From: the human T2T-CHM13v2.0 reference genome, Homo sapiens
Assembly (NCBI RefSeq): GCF_009914755.1
Contig: NC_060936.1
Strand: one strand, 5' to 3'
Length of the DNA stretch: 64,000 nucleotides
Numbering within the stretch: position 1 is the stretch's first letter; every line of letters starts with the position of its first letter. Made by a program: the position numbers and the translations under genes. Below the pieces are notes generated by a model that saw nothing but the letters and a program-made list of their open reading frames with translations, was not told the origin of the DNA and did not search any database. This document shows, piece after piece, positions 1 through 13,944 of the stretch.

Positions 1-242
1 GGATGAAGTTAAAGTGAAGCATTTTGTTTTCTTTTTGCTTGTCTGTTTATGAAATCAGTGTTAACTTGTCATCAGTTTAAAATAATGAGTTATAAGAGAG
101 TATTTGCAAGCCTCATGGTAACCTCAAATCAAAAAACAACAGATAAAAAATAATAAAAAGGAAGAAATTAAAACATACCACCATAGAAAATTACCTTCAC
201 TAAAAGGAAGACAGGAAGGAAGGAAAGGAGGAAGAAAAGATT

Positions 243-265
243 ACACACACACACACACACACACA
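243..265. repeat. (CA)n microsatellite
   Basis: About 11 AC units. Confidence 0.95.
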
Positions 266-2041
266 TAAAAAAAACAGAAAACAAATAGCATAATGAATGA
301 CAAGAGTAGGTCGTTACTTATCAATAATAACATTGGATGTAAATGGACTAAACTCTTCAATAAAATACATAAAGTGGCTGAATGGATTAAAAAAAAGACC
401 CAACAATATGTTGCCTACAAGAAAAACACTTCGCCTGTAAAGATACACATAGACTGAAAATAATGAGATGGAAAAAGGTATTTCATGCCAATTAAACCAA
501 AAAAGAGTAGGAGTAGCTATACCTATATAAGACAAAATAGATTTCAAGACAAAAACTACATGAAGAGGCAAAGAAAGTCACTATATAATGATAAAGGGGT
601 CAACTCAGCAAGAGGATATAACAATTGTAAACACATATGCACCTAACTGGAGCATCCAGATATATAAAGCAGATATTGGTTGAGCTAAAGAGAGAGAGAG
701 ACCCCAGTAAAATAATAGCTAGAGAGAGACTTCAACTCCCAACCATCAGCACTGGACATGTCTCCCAGACAGAAAATCAAAAAGAAATACTGGACTTAAT
801 CTGCACTATAGAACAAATGGGCCTAATATATATTTACAAAACATTTCATCAAACAGCTACAGATTACATTTTCTTTTCCGCAGCACATGGATCATTCTCA
901 AAAATAGACCACATATTATATCATAAAAAAGTGTTAAAACATTCAAAAACTGAAATAATATCAAGCATATTATCTGATGACAGTGTAATAAAACTAGAAA
1001 TCAATAATGAGAAGAATTTTGGAAACTACACAAATGCATGGAAATTAAATAATATGCTCCTGAATGACTAGCAGGTCAATGAAGAAATTAAGAAGGGAAT
1101 TGAAAAATGTATTAAAACAAATGATAATGGAAACACAACATACCAAAACCTATGGGATACAGCAAAAACAGTACCAAGAGGGAATTTTATAGCTATAAGT
1201 GCCTACATCAAAAAAGAAGAAAAACTTCAAGTAAACAACCTAACAAAGCATCCTAAAGAACTAGGAAAGCAAGAGCATACCAAACCAATAATCGGTAGAA
1301 GGAAAGAAATAATAAAGATCAGAACAGAAATGAATAAAATTGAAACAAAATGATACAAAGATCAATGAAACAGAAAAGTTTTTTTTGAAATGTAAACAAC
1401 ATTGACAAATCTTTAGTCAGACTAGTTAAGAAAAAAAAAAAACAAAAAAATCAGAGATGAGAAAGGAGACATTAAAACCAATGTCACACAAATCAAAGGA
1501 TCATTTGAGGCTACTATGAGCAACTATATGCCAATAAAATGGAAAATCTAGAAGAAATGGATCACTTGCTAGATACATATGTCCTACCAGATTGAACCAG
1601 GAAGAAATCCAAAACCTGAACAGACCAGTAACAAATAATGAGAACAAAGCCATAATAAAATGTCTCCCAGCAAACAAACAAACAAAAAAAAGCCTAGGTC
1701 CCAATGACTTTACTGCTGAGTTTTACCAGACATTTAATGAAGAACTAATACCAATCCTACTCAAACTCTTCTGAAAAATAGAGGAATAAAGAATATTTCT
1801 GCAACTCATTCTATGAGGCCATTAATTTTCTGATATTGAAACCAGACAAGGATACAGCAAAAAAAAAAAGAAAGAAAGAAAACTACAGGCCAATATATCT
1901 GATGAATAATGATGCAAAAATCTTCAACAAAATACTATCACACTGAATTCAACAACACATTGAAAAGATCATTCATTATGATGAAGTGAAATTTATCCCT
2001 GAGATGCAAGAATAGGCAAATCAATAACTGTGCTACATTTC

Positions 2042-4235
2042 TGACATGGTTTAGTTGTGTCCTCACCCAAATCTCAACTTGAATTGCATCTCCCAGAATC
2101 CCCATGGGGTGTGAGAGGGACCCAAAGGGAGGTGATTGAATCACGGGGTCTGGTCTTTCCATGCTATTCTTGTGATAGTGAATAAGTCTCATGAGATCTG
2201 ATAGGCTTATCACTTTGGCTTTTTCCTCATTTTTCTCTTGCCACCATCATGGAAGTAGTGCCTTTCACCTCCTGCCATGATTCTGAGGCCTCCCCAGCCA
2301 TGTGGAACTGTAAGTCCAATTAAACTTCTTTTACTTCCCAGTCTTGGGTATGTCTTTATCAGCAGTGTGAAAATGGACTAATACAGTAAATTGGTACCAG
2401 TAGAATAAGGCATTGCTGAAAAGACACCTGAAAGTGTGGAAGTGACTTTGGAACTGGGTAACAGGCAGAGGCTGTAACAGTTTGGAGGGCTCAGAAGGAG
2501 ACAGGAAAATGTGGGAAAGTTTGGAACTTCCTAGAGACTTGTTGAATGGCTTTGACCAAAACGCTGATAGTGATATGAATAATAAGGTCCAGGCTGAGGT
2601 GGTCTCAGATGGAGATGAGAAACTTGTTGGGAACTAGAGCAAAGGTGACACTAGTTATGTTTTAGCAAAAAGACTGGTTACATTTTGCCCCTGCCCTAAA
2701 GATTTGTGGAACTTTGAACTTAAGAGAGATGATTTTGGGTATCTGGAAGAAAAAAAATTCTAAGCAGCAAAGCATTCACAAGGTGACTTGGGTGCTGTTA
2801 AAGGTATTCGGTTTTATAAGGGAAGCAAATCATAAAGTTTGGAAAATTTGCAGCCTGAATATGTGATCGAAAAGAAAAACCCATTTTTCTGAGAAGAAAT
2901 TCAAGCTGGCTGTGGAAATTTGCATAAGTAGCAAGGAGCCTAGTGTTAATCCCCAACACCATGAGAAAAATGTCTCCAGGCCATGTCAGAGACCTTCACA
3001 GCAGGCCCTCCCATCACAGGCCCATAGGCCCAGGAGGAAAAGGTTGTTTCATGGGCTGGGTCCGGCCTCTCCATGCTGTGTGCAGCCTAGGGATTTGATG
3101 TCCTGTGGCCCAGCCACTCCAGTGTTGTGTTGAGCCTGCAGCTGCACGGAAGTCAATAACTGAGGCTTGGGAACCTCCTCCTAGATTTCAGAAAATGTAT
3201 GGAAATGCCTAGATACCCAGGCAAAAGTTTGCTACAGGGGCAGTGCCCTCATGGAGAACCTCTACTAGGACAGTGCAGAAGGGAAATGTGGGGTCAGATC
3301 CCCCACACAGAATTCCTATTGAAGCACTGCCTAGTGGAGCTGTGAGAAGAGGGCTACCATCTTCCAGACCCCAGAATGGTAGATTCACCAACAGCTTGCA
3401 CCGTGCACCTGGAAAAGCCGCAGACACTCAATGCCAGCCCGTGAAAGCAGCCAGGAGGGAGGCTGTACCCTGCAGAGCCACGGAGGCAGAGCTGCCCAAG
3501 ACCATGTGAACCCACCTCTTACATCAGCATGACCTGGATGTGAGATCTGGAGTCAAAGGAGATCATTTTGGAGCTTTAAAATTTGATTGACCCACTGGAT
3601 TTTGGACTTGCTTGGGCCCTGTAAACCTTTTGTTTTGGCCAATTTCTCCCATTTTGAATGGCTGTATTTACCCAATACCTGTACCCCCATTGTATCTAGG
3701 AAGTAACTATCTTGCTTTGGATTTTACAGGCTCATAGGTGGAAGGGACTTGCCTTTTCTCAGACAGAACTTTGGACTGTGGACTTTTTGGTTAATGTTGA
3801 AATGAGTTAAGACTTTGGGGGACTGTTGGGAATGCATGATTGGTTTTGAAATGTGAGGACATGAGATTTGGAGGGGCCAGGGGTGAAATGCTATGGTTTG
3901 GCTGTGTCCCCACCCAGATCTCAACTTAAATTATATCTCCCAGAATTCCAGGTGTTGGGGAATGGACCTACGGCAAGATAATTGACTCATGGGGGCCAGT
4001 CTTTCCCAGGCTATTCTCGTGAATAATTCTCATGAGATCTGATGGGTTTATCGGGGTTTCTGCTTTTGCTTCGCTCTCATTTTCTCTTGCTGCCACCATG
4101 TAAGAAGTGCCTTTCACCTCCTTCCATGATTCTGAGGCATCCCCAGCCAGGTGGAACTGTAAGTCCAATTTAAACCTCTTTTTCTTCCCAGTCTCAGGTA
4201 CGTCTTTATCAGCAGCATGAAAAAGGACTAATACA
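2042..4235 (+). mobile_element. Full-length THE1A (ERVL-MaLR): 5' LTR 2042-2385, internal 2386-3888, 3' LTR 3889-4235
   Basis: Two TG...CA LTRs matching THE1A (tgatatggtttggctgtgtcc...ggactaataca); perfect 5-bp TSD ATTTC at 2037-2041 and 4236-4240; inserted in L1 ORF2. Confidence 0.95.
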
Positions 4236-5031
4236 ATTTCAAATTAATTGATGTGGTACATCATATCAACAGAATGAAGGTCAAAAATCATATGCTTATT
4301 TCAATTGATGCTGAAAAAGCATTTGATAAAATTAAATACCTTTCATTACAAAAATCATCAAAAAACTGGATATAGGAGGAACACTTCAACATTATAAAAG
4401 TTATGTATGACAGACCTGTAGCTACTATCATACCAAATGGGAAAAAACTGAAAGCCTTTCCTCTAAGACCTAGAACAAGATAAGCATGTTCACTGTCACC
4501 ACTGTTATTCAACATAGTATTGGAAGTCCTAGCTAGAGCAATCAAACAAGAGACAGAAATAATGGGCATCCAAATTGGAAAGGAAAAAGTCAAATTATCC
4601 TTGTTTGGAGATGATATAATCTTATATTTGGAAAAACCTGAAGACTCCACCAAAACTCTATTGGAACTGATAAATTCAGTAAAGGTGCAGGATACAAAAT
4701 CAGCATACAAAAATCATTAGCATTTCTTTATGCCAACAGTGAACAATCTGAAAAAAGAATCAAGAAAGTAATCCTGTTTACTATAGCCACAAATAAAACT
4801 AAGTATATAAGAATTAACTTGACCAAGGAAGCAAAAGCCCTTCTATAAAGAAAAGTATAAAACACTCATGAAAGAAATTAAAGAGGGCACCAAAATATAG
4901 AAAGATAGTTCATGTTTATGGACTGGAAGAACTAATGTTGTTAGAATGTCCATATTATCCAAAGTAAACTATAAATTCAATGCAATCCCTATCAAAATAC
5001 CAGTAACTTTCTTCATAGAAATAGAAAAAAC

Positions 5032-5338
5032 AGCTGGGCATGATGGCTCATGCCTGCAATCCCAGCACTTTGGGAAGCAGAGGCAGACAGATCACCTGAG
5101 GTCAGGAGTTCGAGACCAGCCTGGCCAACATGGTGAAACCCCTTCTCTACTAAAAATACAAACATTAGCCGGGTGTGGTGGTGCACGCCTGTAATCCTAG
5201 CTACTAGGAGGCAGAGTCATGAGAATTGCTTGAACCCAGGAGGTGGAGGTTGCAGTGAGCCAGGATCATACCACTGCGCTCCAGCCTGGGCAACAGAGCA
5301 AGCCTCCATCTCAAAAAAAATAAAGAAAGAAAAAAAAG
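5032..5338 (+). mobile_element. AluS (Sx-like)
   Basis: Dimeric Alu; TSD GAAATAGAAAAAA at 5018-5030 and 5339-5351. Confidence 0.95.
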
Positions 5339-6183
5339 GAAATAGAAAAAAAATTCCAGAAATTTATATAAAACCACAAAGGCCAAGAATAGCCAAAGCT
5401 TTCCTGAGCAAAAGGAACAACACTAGAGGAATCACATTTTCTGACTTCAAATTATACTGCAGAGCTATAGCAACCAAAACAGCATGGTGTTGGCATAAAA
5501 ACAGACCCATAGAACAGCAAAACAGAATAGAGAAACCATAAACGAATTCATACATCTACAGTGAACTCATTTTTGATGAATATGCCAAGAACATACATTG
5601 GGGAAAGGACAGTCTTTTCAATAAATTATTCTGGGAAAACTGGATATACATATGCAGAAGAATGTAACTAGACCCCTATCTCCTGCCACATACAAAAATC
5701 AAATCAAAATGGATTTAAAGACTTAAATCTAAGGCCTCAAACTATGAAACTACTAAAAGAAAACATTGGGGAAAATCTTCAGGATGTTGGTCTAGGCAAA
5801 AATTTCCTGAGTAATATCCCACAAGCACAGGCAACCAAAGCAAAAATGGACAAATATGATCACATCAAGTTAAAAAGCTTCTGCATAACAAATGAAACAA
5901 CAATGTGAAGAGACATCCCACAGAATGGGAGAAAATATTGGCACACTACCAATCTGAAAAGGTATTTACATCAGAATATATAAGGAGCTCAAAAAATTTC
6001 TGAGGGAAAAAAAATCTAGTAATCCAATTAAAAAATGGGCAAAAGATCAGAATACACATTTCTCAAAAGACATACAAATGACAGACAGGCATATGAAAAG
6101 GTGCTCAACATCACTAATCATCAGAGAAATTCAAATCAAACCTACAATGTCAACTCACCCCAGTTAAGATGGCTTTTGTCCAA

Positions 6184-6254
6184 GCACACATTTACCTATG
6201 TGACAAACCTCCACATCCTGCACATGTACCCCGGAACTTAGTTAATTAATTAAT
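6184..6254 (+). mobile_element. About 70-bp 5'-truncated L1P 3' end nested in the L1MA
   Basis: gcacacatttacctatgtgacaaacctccacatcctgcacatgtaccccggaactta is an older-L1PA terminus; degenerate TSD aagatggcttttgtcca / aaatggcttttaccca. Confidence 0.8.
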
Positions 6255-7135
6255 AAATGGCTTTTACCCATATAATAACAAATACTGGCAGGGATGTGGA
6301 GAAAAGGGAAGCCTCGTACACTGTTGGTAGGACTGTAAATTAACACAACTGCTATGTACAACAGTTTGGAGGTTCCTCAAAAAACTAAAAATAGAGCTAC
6401 CATATAATCCATCAATGCCACTGCTAGGTATATACCCAAAATAAAGGAAATCAGTGTATCGAAGAGATATCTGCACTTCCACGTTTATTGAAGCATTATT
6501 TAGAATGGCCAAGATTTGGAAGCAATTTTAGTGTCCCTCAACAGATGAATGGATAAAAAGAAAAAAGTGGTACATATACACAATGGAGTACTACTCAGCC
6601 ATAAAAAAGAATGAGATTCGGTCATTTGCAACAACATGGTTGGAACTGAAGGTCATTATATTAAGTGAAATAAGCCAGGCACAGCAGGGCAAACTTTGTA
6701 TGCTTTCACTTATTTGTGGGAGCTAAATATCAAAACAATTGAACTTATGGAGATAGCGAATAGAAAGATGATTACCAGGTACTGGGAAGGGTAGTGGGAG
6801 GTTGGGAAAGAAGTAGGGATGATTAATAGGTCCAAAAAAATTAGAAAGAATGAATAAGACCTAGTATTTGATAGCACCACAGGGTGACTATAGTCAATAA
6901 TAATTAAATTGTACATGTAAAAATAACTAAAAGAGTATATTGGATTATTTATAACAAAGGGATAAATACTTCTGGTGATGGATACTCTATTTACCCTGAT
7001 GTGATTATTACACATTGGATGCTTGTATTAATATATCTCATTTACCTCATAAATATATATACCAATTATGTGCCCACAAAAATAAAAATAAAAACAGTAT
7101 GGCATATCGTAACAATAGTTTAGAGCTGCTTGTAA

Positions 7136-7488
<353 letters not shown>

Positions 7489-7687
7489 TTAAATTATTGA
7501 TTTGTACTCTAGTTTTCTAACACTGCAGTTCCATCAGATAACAAACTCTGGAATAATAATTATCATATGGTAAAATATTTAGATTATAATAATTGTTCAA
7601 GTAAAAGAACCGATGACACCAAAATGAATCTATAAAGTGCATATGAAGTAATGTGATTGGCACAATACCATCTTTTTCCCCCCAGAT

Positions 7688-7800
7688 TTATTGAAGTATA
7701 ATAGACAAACAAAAATTGTGTATATTTAAGCTGTATAATGTGATGGTTTGATGTATGTATACACTATGATGTGATTACCACAATCAAGCAAATGAACATA
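7688..7800 (-). mobile_element. Old L1 (L1MA/MB) 3' end fragment
   Basis: tttattgaagtataatagacaaacaaaaattgtgtatatttaag...accacaatcaagc. Confidence 0.65.
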
Positions 7801-8140
7801 GAAGGCTATTGACTCTGGCAGCTTTTATGGACCTCTACTGAAAGGTGCCTCTCTCCTAGGAAATACCTTCATCATGAATCTCTGAAGGAAACCCAGCACA
7901 ATCCTTAACCTACCAATGATCTTTGTGGAAAGCCAGCATATTCTAAAATCAAGTTTCCTCACTGCTTCATATGACTGTCATCTTTGGTCTTACAGAACAC
8001 TGCCAATTTGTTTCCCTTCTCTTTCCCCAACCCTTGGTCTTGAATTTAAGAATGTTTTTAATAAATGCCTGTGGCTTTCTGGCAGGAAGAGAATAACTTA
8101 TTGTCTCCAAGCAACTGTAAAGAATTGAAGAGCGGTCACA

Positions 8141-8461
8141 TTTTTTTTCTTTTTTCTTTTTCTTTTTTTTTTTTTTGAGACCGAGTTTTGCTCTTGTTGC
8201 CCAGGCTGGAGAGTGGGTGGCACAATCTTGGCTCACTGCTACCTCTGCCTCCCAGGTTCAGGTGATTCTCCTGCTTCAGCCCCCTAAGTAGCTGGTATTA
8301 CAGGCGCCCACCACCACACCCAGCTAATTTTTTTTATTTTTAGTAGAGACGGGGTTTCATCATGTTGGCCAGGCTGATCTCGAATTCCTGACCTCAGGTG
8401 ATCCTTCCGCTTCAGGCCTCCCAAAGTGCAGGGATTACAGGCGTGAGCCACCGGGCCCAGC
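8141..8461 (-). mobile_element. AluS (Sq-like)
   Basis: Alu with ctcttgttgcccagg; TSD core GTCACATTTTT on both sides. Confidence 0.94.
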
Positions 8462-8584
8462 TGAGTCGTCACATTTTTATGCTTCGGCCTTACTGGTGAA
8501 GACAGCTTCTCTACCACTTTTAAAATTGAAAGCAGTGTTTAAAATCATAATTTGCCTTTCTGCCATTTTCCTTATGTCCCTATA

Positions 8585-8980
8585 ATTAATAATGATATTA
8601 AAGGTAATCATTGCTAACCATATAAACTATAACACTATGTGCACAGTACCATAAAAGCATTTTCCTTACCTTTGCTCATTTAATCCTCACAAGAATTCTA
8701 TGTGCTAGGTATTATTATTTAACTAAAAGACAGAGAGCTAAGCAACTTAAGGCCTATAACTAACAAGTCAAGGAGTCAGGCCTTCAACCTTTGCAGTTTG
8801 CCTCCAGCATCTGTGTTTTGTTGGGCCGGGATGGATTAAAAGTGGGTCTGAAGGATTTGGAGTAAGAAAATCTGTGTCAAAATCCTAGGGATTAGAAAAT
8901 CAGTTAATCCCTTCGGTATTTTTTTATCCTGATTTATAAAATGAGTGCGTTGGATGAATTTTAAGGCTCCTTCCCACTCT
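8585..8980. mobile_element. MIR fragments
   Basis: ctcatttaatcctcacaa core; ttataaaatgag...ttggatg...aaggctccttcccactct. Confidence 0.55.
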
Positions 8981-11459
8981 TCCCAATTTCAGACATGCAG
9001 GGTGGGTCTTTTGGCCGTTATTGTTGAGGTTTTCATTGTCTTAACCCTCTCCACCTCCACCTGAACTCACAATGTCTGCTCTATTATCAATTCTTTCCTT
9101 CCAAGGCTAAAAAGTCTTAGGGGCTATATGTAAAAATGCAGCCTGACTTTTAAGTCACTATATTGTGTCATTTTCTTACTGTGTGCCCTAGAATTTCAAT
9201 GAAAAATTATTTTTGTTTCTGTGATGAAGCTTCTAGAATCATTTAAAAGATTTTCTACTCTTAAACTAGGACAAACATACTTAATGCTGACTGTGTGGTC
9301 AGACAATACTCTGCTTGCAACTCACTATTTCAATGGAAACTGATAAATGCACTCATAAGATAAGCTTCAAATAAAGCTTTACTCTACACTCCACAAATAG
9401 CTAAACTTTGTGCCAAGAGTTGGGAGTTTTGTTTCACTGTAAGCCACAGCTGTACATGCAATATGTAAACTTTCAGACTTTGCATTTCAGGCAATTGGTC
9501 TGGGGCCAGTTGGTCAGGCATAACACTGAACTGTTTTTCTCTTTGTCATCTTTTTGTTTTGATCATGCAGGGCCTTTTGTTTTGCTCATAACACAAACAA
9601 TAAATGAAGCAGCAAATTTCTTCAGATACAGAGATCCTGGGACATTATGGGTTATGGGTTCCTCACTGTATTTTGATATTTCGTGCAATTTAATGGCACT
9701 TAGCAATAGTCCTTGCTTACTGGGAGGAATACAGCATTGCACCCCTGTGGTGTTTAACAGTGTCTCCTGGAAGGTTATACAGAAGATTGCCTGTTGGCCT
9801 GTTTTATGTTTACCTAAGTTATTGTCTCCTTAATACATTTGATAGTAATTATACAAAAGTAGATTTTTGGAAAGGGATAATCCTTTAAGTTTACATTTAA
9901 TTTCTCAGTAGAAACAAGTTTCCCCTCTTTAAATGTTTCTATGTTGGTGATATTGTCTTAAGTGACTTGGTTTCTAGACCTTTCTGACCTGTTCTGAGGG
10001 ATCGTTCCTTACATGCTGCCGATGCTCAGAGATTTTTTCAGAATAGCTTGGAACCATTATATGTTGTATGCCCAGCACTTAACCAGGCTGCGATTTTTAG
10101 GATTTAGGAGTTAAAGCTTCAATGGTTTCAAAAATCTTTGGGATATTAGTAGTGTGTGCAGAGCAAAGAGAAGGAGGTTTCCAAATGTACCTGAGAGCAG
10201 CAAGCATTTATTGTTCTCATGGGGGAACAGCCTTGGCCCATAGCTCTGTTTTTAATTCCTGTCTTGGCCATCTGATTTGTTTCCTTCTTGAGATGACAGG
10301 ATCAGAAGGAAGTGAAGGGGCTTCATTACACATCTAGGGAGAACATTTCTGGACTTATGTGAAGATAGGGGAGGCAGTAGAATCCCTGTTAGTAACAGAG
10401 TAAATAATGTATTTAAATAGCCTCTATGTCTCTGAACGCAGCCTTCATGTTAATTGCTTTTGAATTATAGAAAAAAAATAAAAAATCTATTGAACAGGCA
10501 AAATTTAGGGCAGAAATGTGAGCTGATTTCATAAGACAGGTCACATTTCTCCTCCCAAAATCTACCCACCCTTGCTCAGCAGCTCAGAGTGCAGGCAGCT
10601 TTTCTCCCAGGCTTGCAGGGCTAGGGGTGTCCCTGGAGCAGTGTTAGGCAAACCAGACCACACTGTACAGTTTTTCTCTTTCTTTTGGGCCAATACTTGG
10701 CAAGTCAGTCAGGCTGTGGGATCCTGAATCTAGGTAGCTCTCCACATGAAGATTTTGGTATTGGGCAAGGCTAAAAGGTCAGAATAGAACTTGTTTCCCT
10801 TCACAAGCAACCTATTATTCAGATTCAGATACAGTTCCAGATATCTCTTGCATGTTTGTATACATGAATGAACTGAGCATACATTAGTACTCAGAAAGAA
10901 AGGAATAAGGTTTGGAATTTGAATAGTAAGTGTTTTAAAATGGGACTTTATATGCTGCTTTCTGTCCCTCCGAAGTCATTCCCTATTTACTTCTGATGAC
11001 TTTGAAAGGTTATGCAGGAAAGATGAATTCTACTTGCACATAACCCAGTAGAATAGCAGAATGTTGTGAAACAGCAGATCAAATGAACATCTTTATAGAA
11101 ATGTCAAAAAACCTTTATACTACATTGGCTTGCCTCCACAGGGCATTCAATTAATTATGAGCTGATAATAAACAATACTTTTTATAATACCTTGACATTT
11201 ATCTGGGTGCATTGTTTTATAAACAATATTATTCACTAACAGCCTTCCAGTTCTGCCTTTATTACAAGGTGATCTTATAATTCTAAATGGGAAATTTCTA
11301 CATTAAGAATTTGGCAGATTTATAATTAAGTTTTATAAAGATTTTGAGGTTGTCATTGATAATAAAAAGTTACATATGCAGCATTCTATCTCACATTCTT
11401 TGGTCAACGCTTCTATATTCCTTTTGGTACACATTTTTAGTAAATTTTGTGTTAAATAT

Positions 11460-13814
11460 TGTTAGTTCCTTCTCATGCTTCTACAAAGAAGTACCAGAGA
11501 CTGGATAATTAATAAAGGAAATTCGTTTAATTGACTCACAGCACTGCATGGCTGAGGAGACCTCAGGAAACTTACAATCATGGCAGAAGGGGAAGCAAAA
11601 ACATCCTTCTTCACAAGGTGGCAGGAGAGAGAAGTGCTGAGCAAAGGGGGAAAAGCCCTTTATAAAACCTTCAGATCTCAGAGAACTTACTCACTATCAT
11701 GAGAATAGCATTATAGTAACTGCTCCCATGATTCAATCACCTTTCACTGGATCTCTCCTATGACACATGTGGATTATGGGAACTAAAAGTCAGGGTGAGA
11801 TTTGACTAAGGACACAAACAATATCATCCCACAGCTGGTCCCTCCCAAATCTCATGTCCTCACATTTGAAAACCAGTCATTCCTTTCCAACAGTCCCCCA
11901 AAGTCTTAGCTCATTCCAGAATTAACCCAAGTCCAAAGTCTCATCTGAGACAAGGCAAGTCCCTTCTACCTATGAGCCTGTAAAATCAAAAGCAAGTTAG
12001 TTACTTCCTAGATACAATGGGGATACAGGCATTGGGTAAATATAATCATTCCAAATGGGAGAAACTGGCCGAAACAAAGTGGCTATAGGCCACATGCAAG
12101 CCCAAAATCCAATAGGGCAGTCATTAAAACTTGAAGTTCCAAAATGATCTCCTTTAATGCCAGGTCTCACATCCATGGCATGCTGATGCAAGAGGTGGGT
12201 TCCACTGGCCTTGGCCAGCTCCAACCCTGTGATTTTGCAGGGTGCAGCCCCCTCCTGGCTGCTTTCACATGTTGGCATTGGGTGTCTGTGGCTTTTCCAG
12301 GCACACTGTGCAAGCTGTCAGTGGATCTACCATTCTGGGGTCTGGAGGATGGTGGCCCTCTTCTCACAGCTCCACTAGGCAGTGCTCCAGTGGTGACTCT
12401 GTGTGGGGGCTCCAACCCTGCATTTCCCTTCCACACTACCCTGGCAGAGGTTCAGCGTGAGGGCTCCACCCCTGCAGCAGACTTCTGCCTGGACATCCAG
12501 GCATTTGCATACATCCTCTGAAATACAGGTGGAGGTTTCCAAACATCAATTATCAACTTCTGTGCACCCACAGCCCCAAGACCACATGTAAGCCACCAAG
12601 GCTTGGAGTTTGCACCCTCTCAAGCAATGTCCTAAACTGTATGTTGCTCCCTTTCAGCTATATCTTGAGCTGAAACAGCTGGGACAAAGGGCACCATGTC
12701 CTGAGGCTACATAGAGCAGGGGGGCCCTGTGCCTGGCCCACAAAATCACTTTTCCCTCCTAGGCCTCCAGGATTGGAGGGGCTGCCATGAAGTTCTCTAA
12801 CATGCCCTGGAGGCATTTCCCCCATTGTCTTTGTGATTAACATTTGATTCCTCATTACTTATGCAAATTTCTACAGCAGGCTTCAATTTCTCCCTAGAAA
12901 ATGGGTTTTTCTTTTCTACTGCATCATCAGGCTGTAAATTTTCCAGCCTTTTATGTTCCTCTTCCTCTTGAATGCTTTGCTGCTTAGAAATTTCTTCTGC
13001 CAGATATTCTAAATCATCTCTCTCAAGTTCAAAGTTCTACAGATCCCTAGAACAGGGGCAAACTGCTGCCAGTCTCTTTGCATAGCAAGAGTAGCCTTTA
13101 CTCCAGTTCCAAACAAGGCCTTCCTTCTTGCATAGCAAGAGTGACCTTTAGTCCACTTCCCAACAAGTTCTTTACTTCACACCACCTTAGCCTGGACTTC
13201 ATTGCCCATATTACTATCAGCATTTTGGCCAAAATCATTCGACATGTCTCTAGGAAGTTCCAAACTTCCCCACATCTTTCTGTCTTCTGAGCCCTCCAAG
13301 TCTCTAGGAACTTCCAAATCATCCCACATTTTTCTGTCTTCTTCTGAGCCCTCTAAACTGTTCCAACCTCTCCTGTTACCCAGTTCCAAAGTCACTTCCA
13401 CATTTTCAGGTATCTTTACAGCAGTGCCCCACTCTATGTGGTACCAATTTATTGTACTATTTCCTTCTCATGCTACTATGAAGAAATACCTGAGACTAGG
13501 TAATTTAAACAGGCAAGAGTTTTAATTGACTCATAGTTCCACTTGGCTGAGAAAGCCTCAGGAAACTTACAATCATGGCAGAAGGGGAAGTAAACACATT
13601 CTTCTTCACAGGAGAGAGAAGTGCTGTGCAAACGGGGAAAAAGCCCTTATGAAACCATCACATCTTGTGAGAACTCACTATTACAAAGACAGCATGAGGG
13701 TAACCATCCCCATGATTCAATTACCTCCCACCAGGGCCCTCCTATAACACATGAGGATTATGGGAACTACAATTCAACATGAGATTTGGGTGAGGACCCA
13801 GCCAAACCATATAA
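11460..13814 (-). mobile_element. Full-length THE1C: LTRs 11460-11826 and 13453-13814
   Basis: Two reverse LTRs with THE1C-type cctcaggaaacttacaatcatggcagaaggggaag; THE1 internal region; TSD AATAT at 11455-11459 and 13815-13819. Confidence 0.92.
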
Positions 13815-13864
13815 AATATTAAGTGGACAAAAAATAACTTCAGTAGACTATATATAAATATTAA

Positions 13865-13937
13865 AGACTATATTAAAGAATACAATTGAGTGGACACCTA
13901 TTAGACTACATTAAAGAATACAATAGAGTGGACACCT
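13865..13937. repeat. Tandem duplication of a 35-bp unit
   Basis: agactatattaaagaatacaattgagtggacacct / agactacattaaagaatacaatagagtggacacct (2 mismatches). Confidence 0.9.
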
Positions 13938-13944
13938 TTGTATT

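Larger units (their letters stand above)
1..7093 (+). mobile_element. LINE-1, L1MA1-3-like; inter-ORF region, decayed ORF2 and 3' UTR; interrupted by THE1A, AluS and a short L1 3' fragment
   Basis: ORF2 start-like 'atgacaagagtaggtc...ttggatgtaaatggactaaac' at ~298; EN-like peptides (637-1071); RT motif remnant [11 protein letters not shown] (4520-4720); L1MA-type 3' UTR ending in A-rich tail at ~7093; many stops and frameshifts. Confidence 0.92.
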
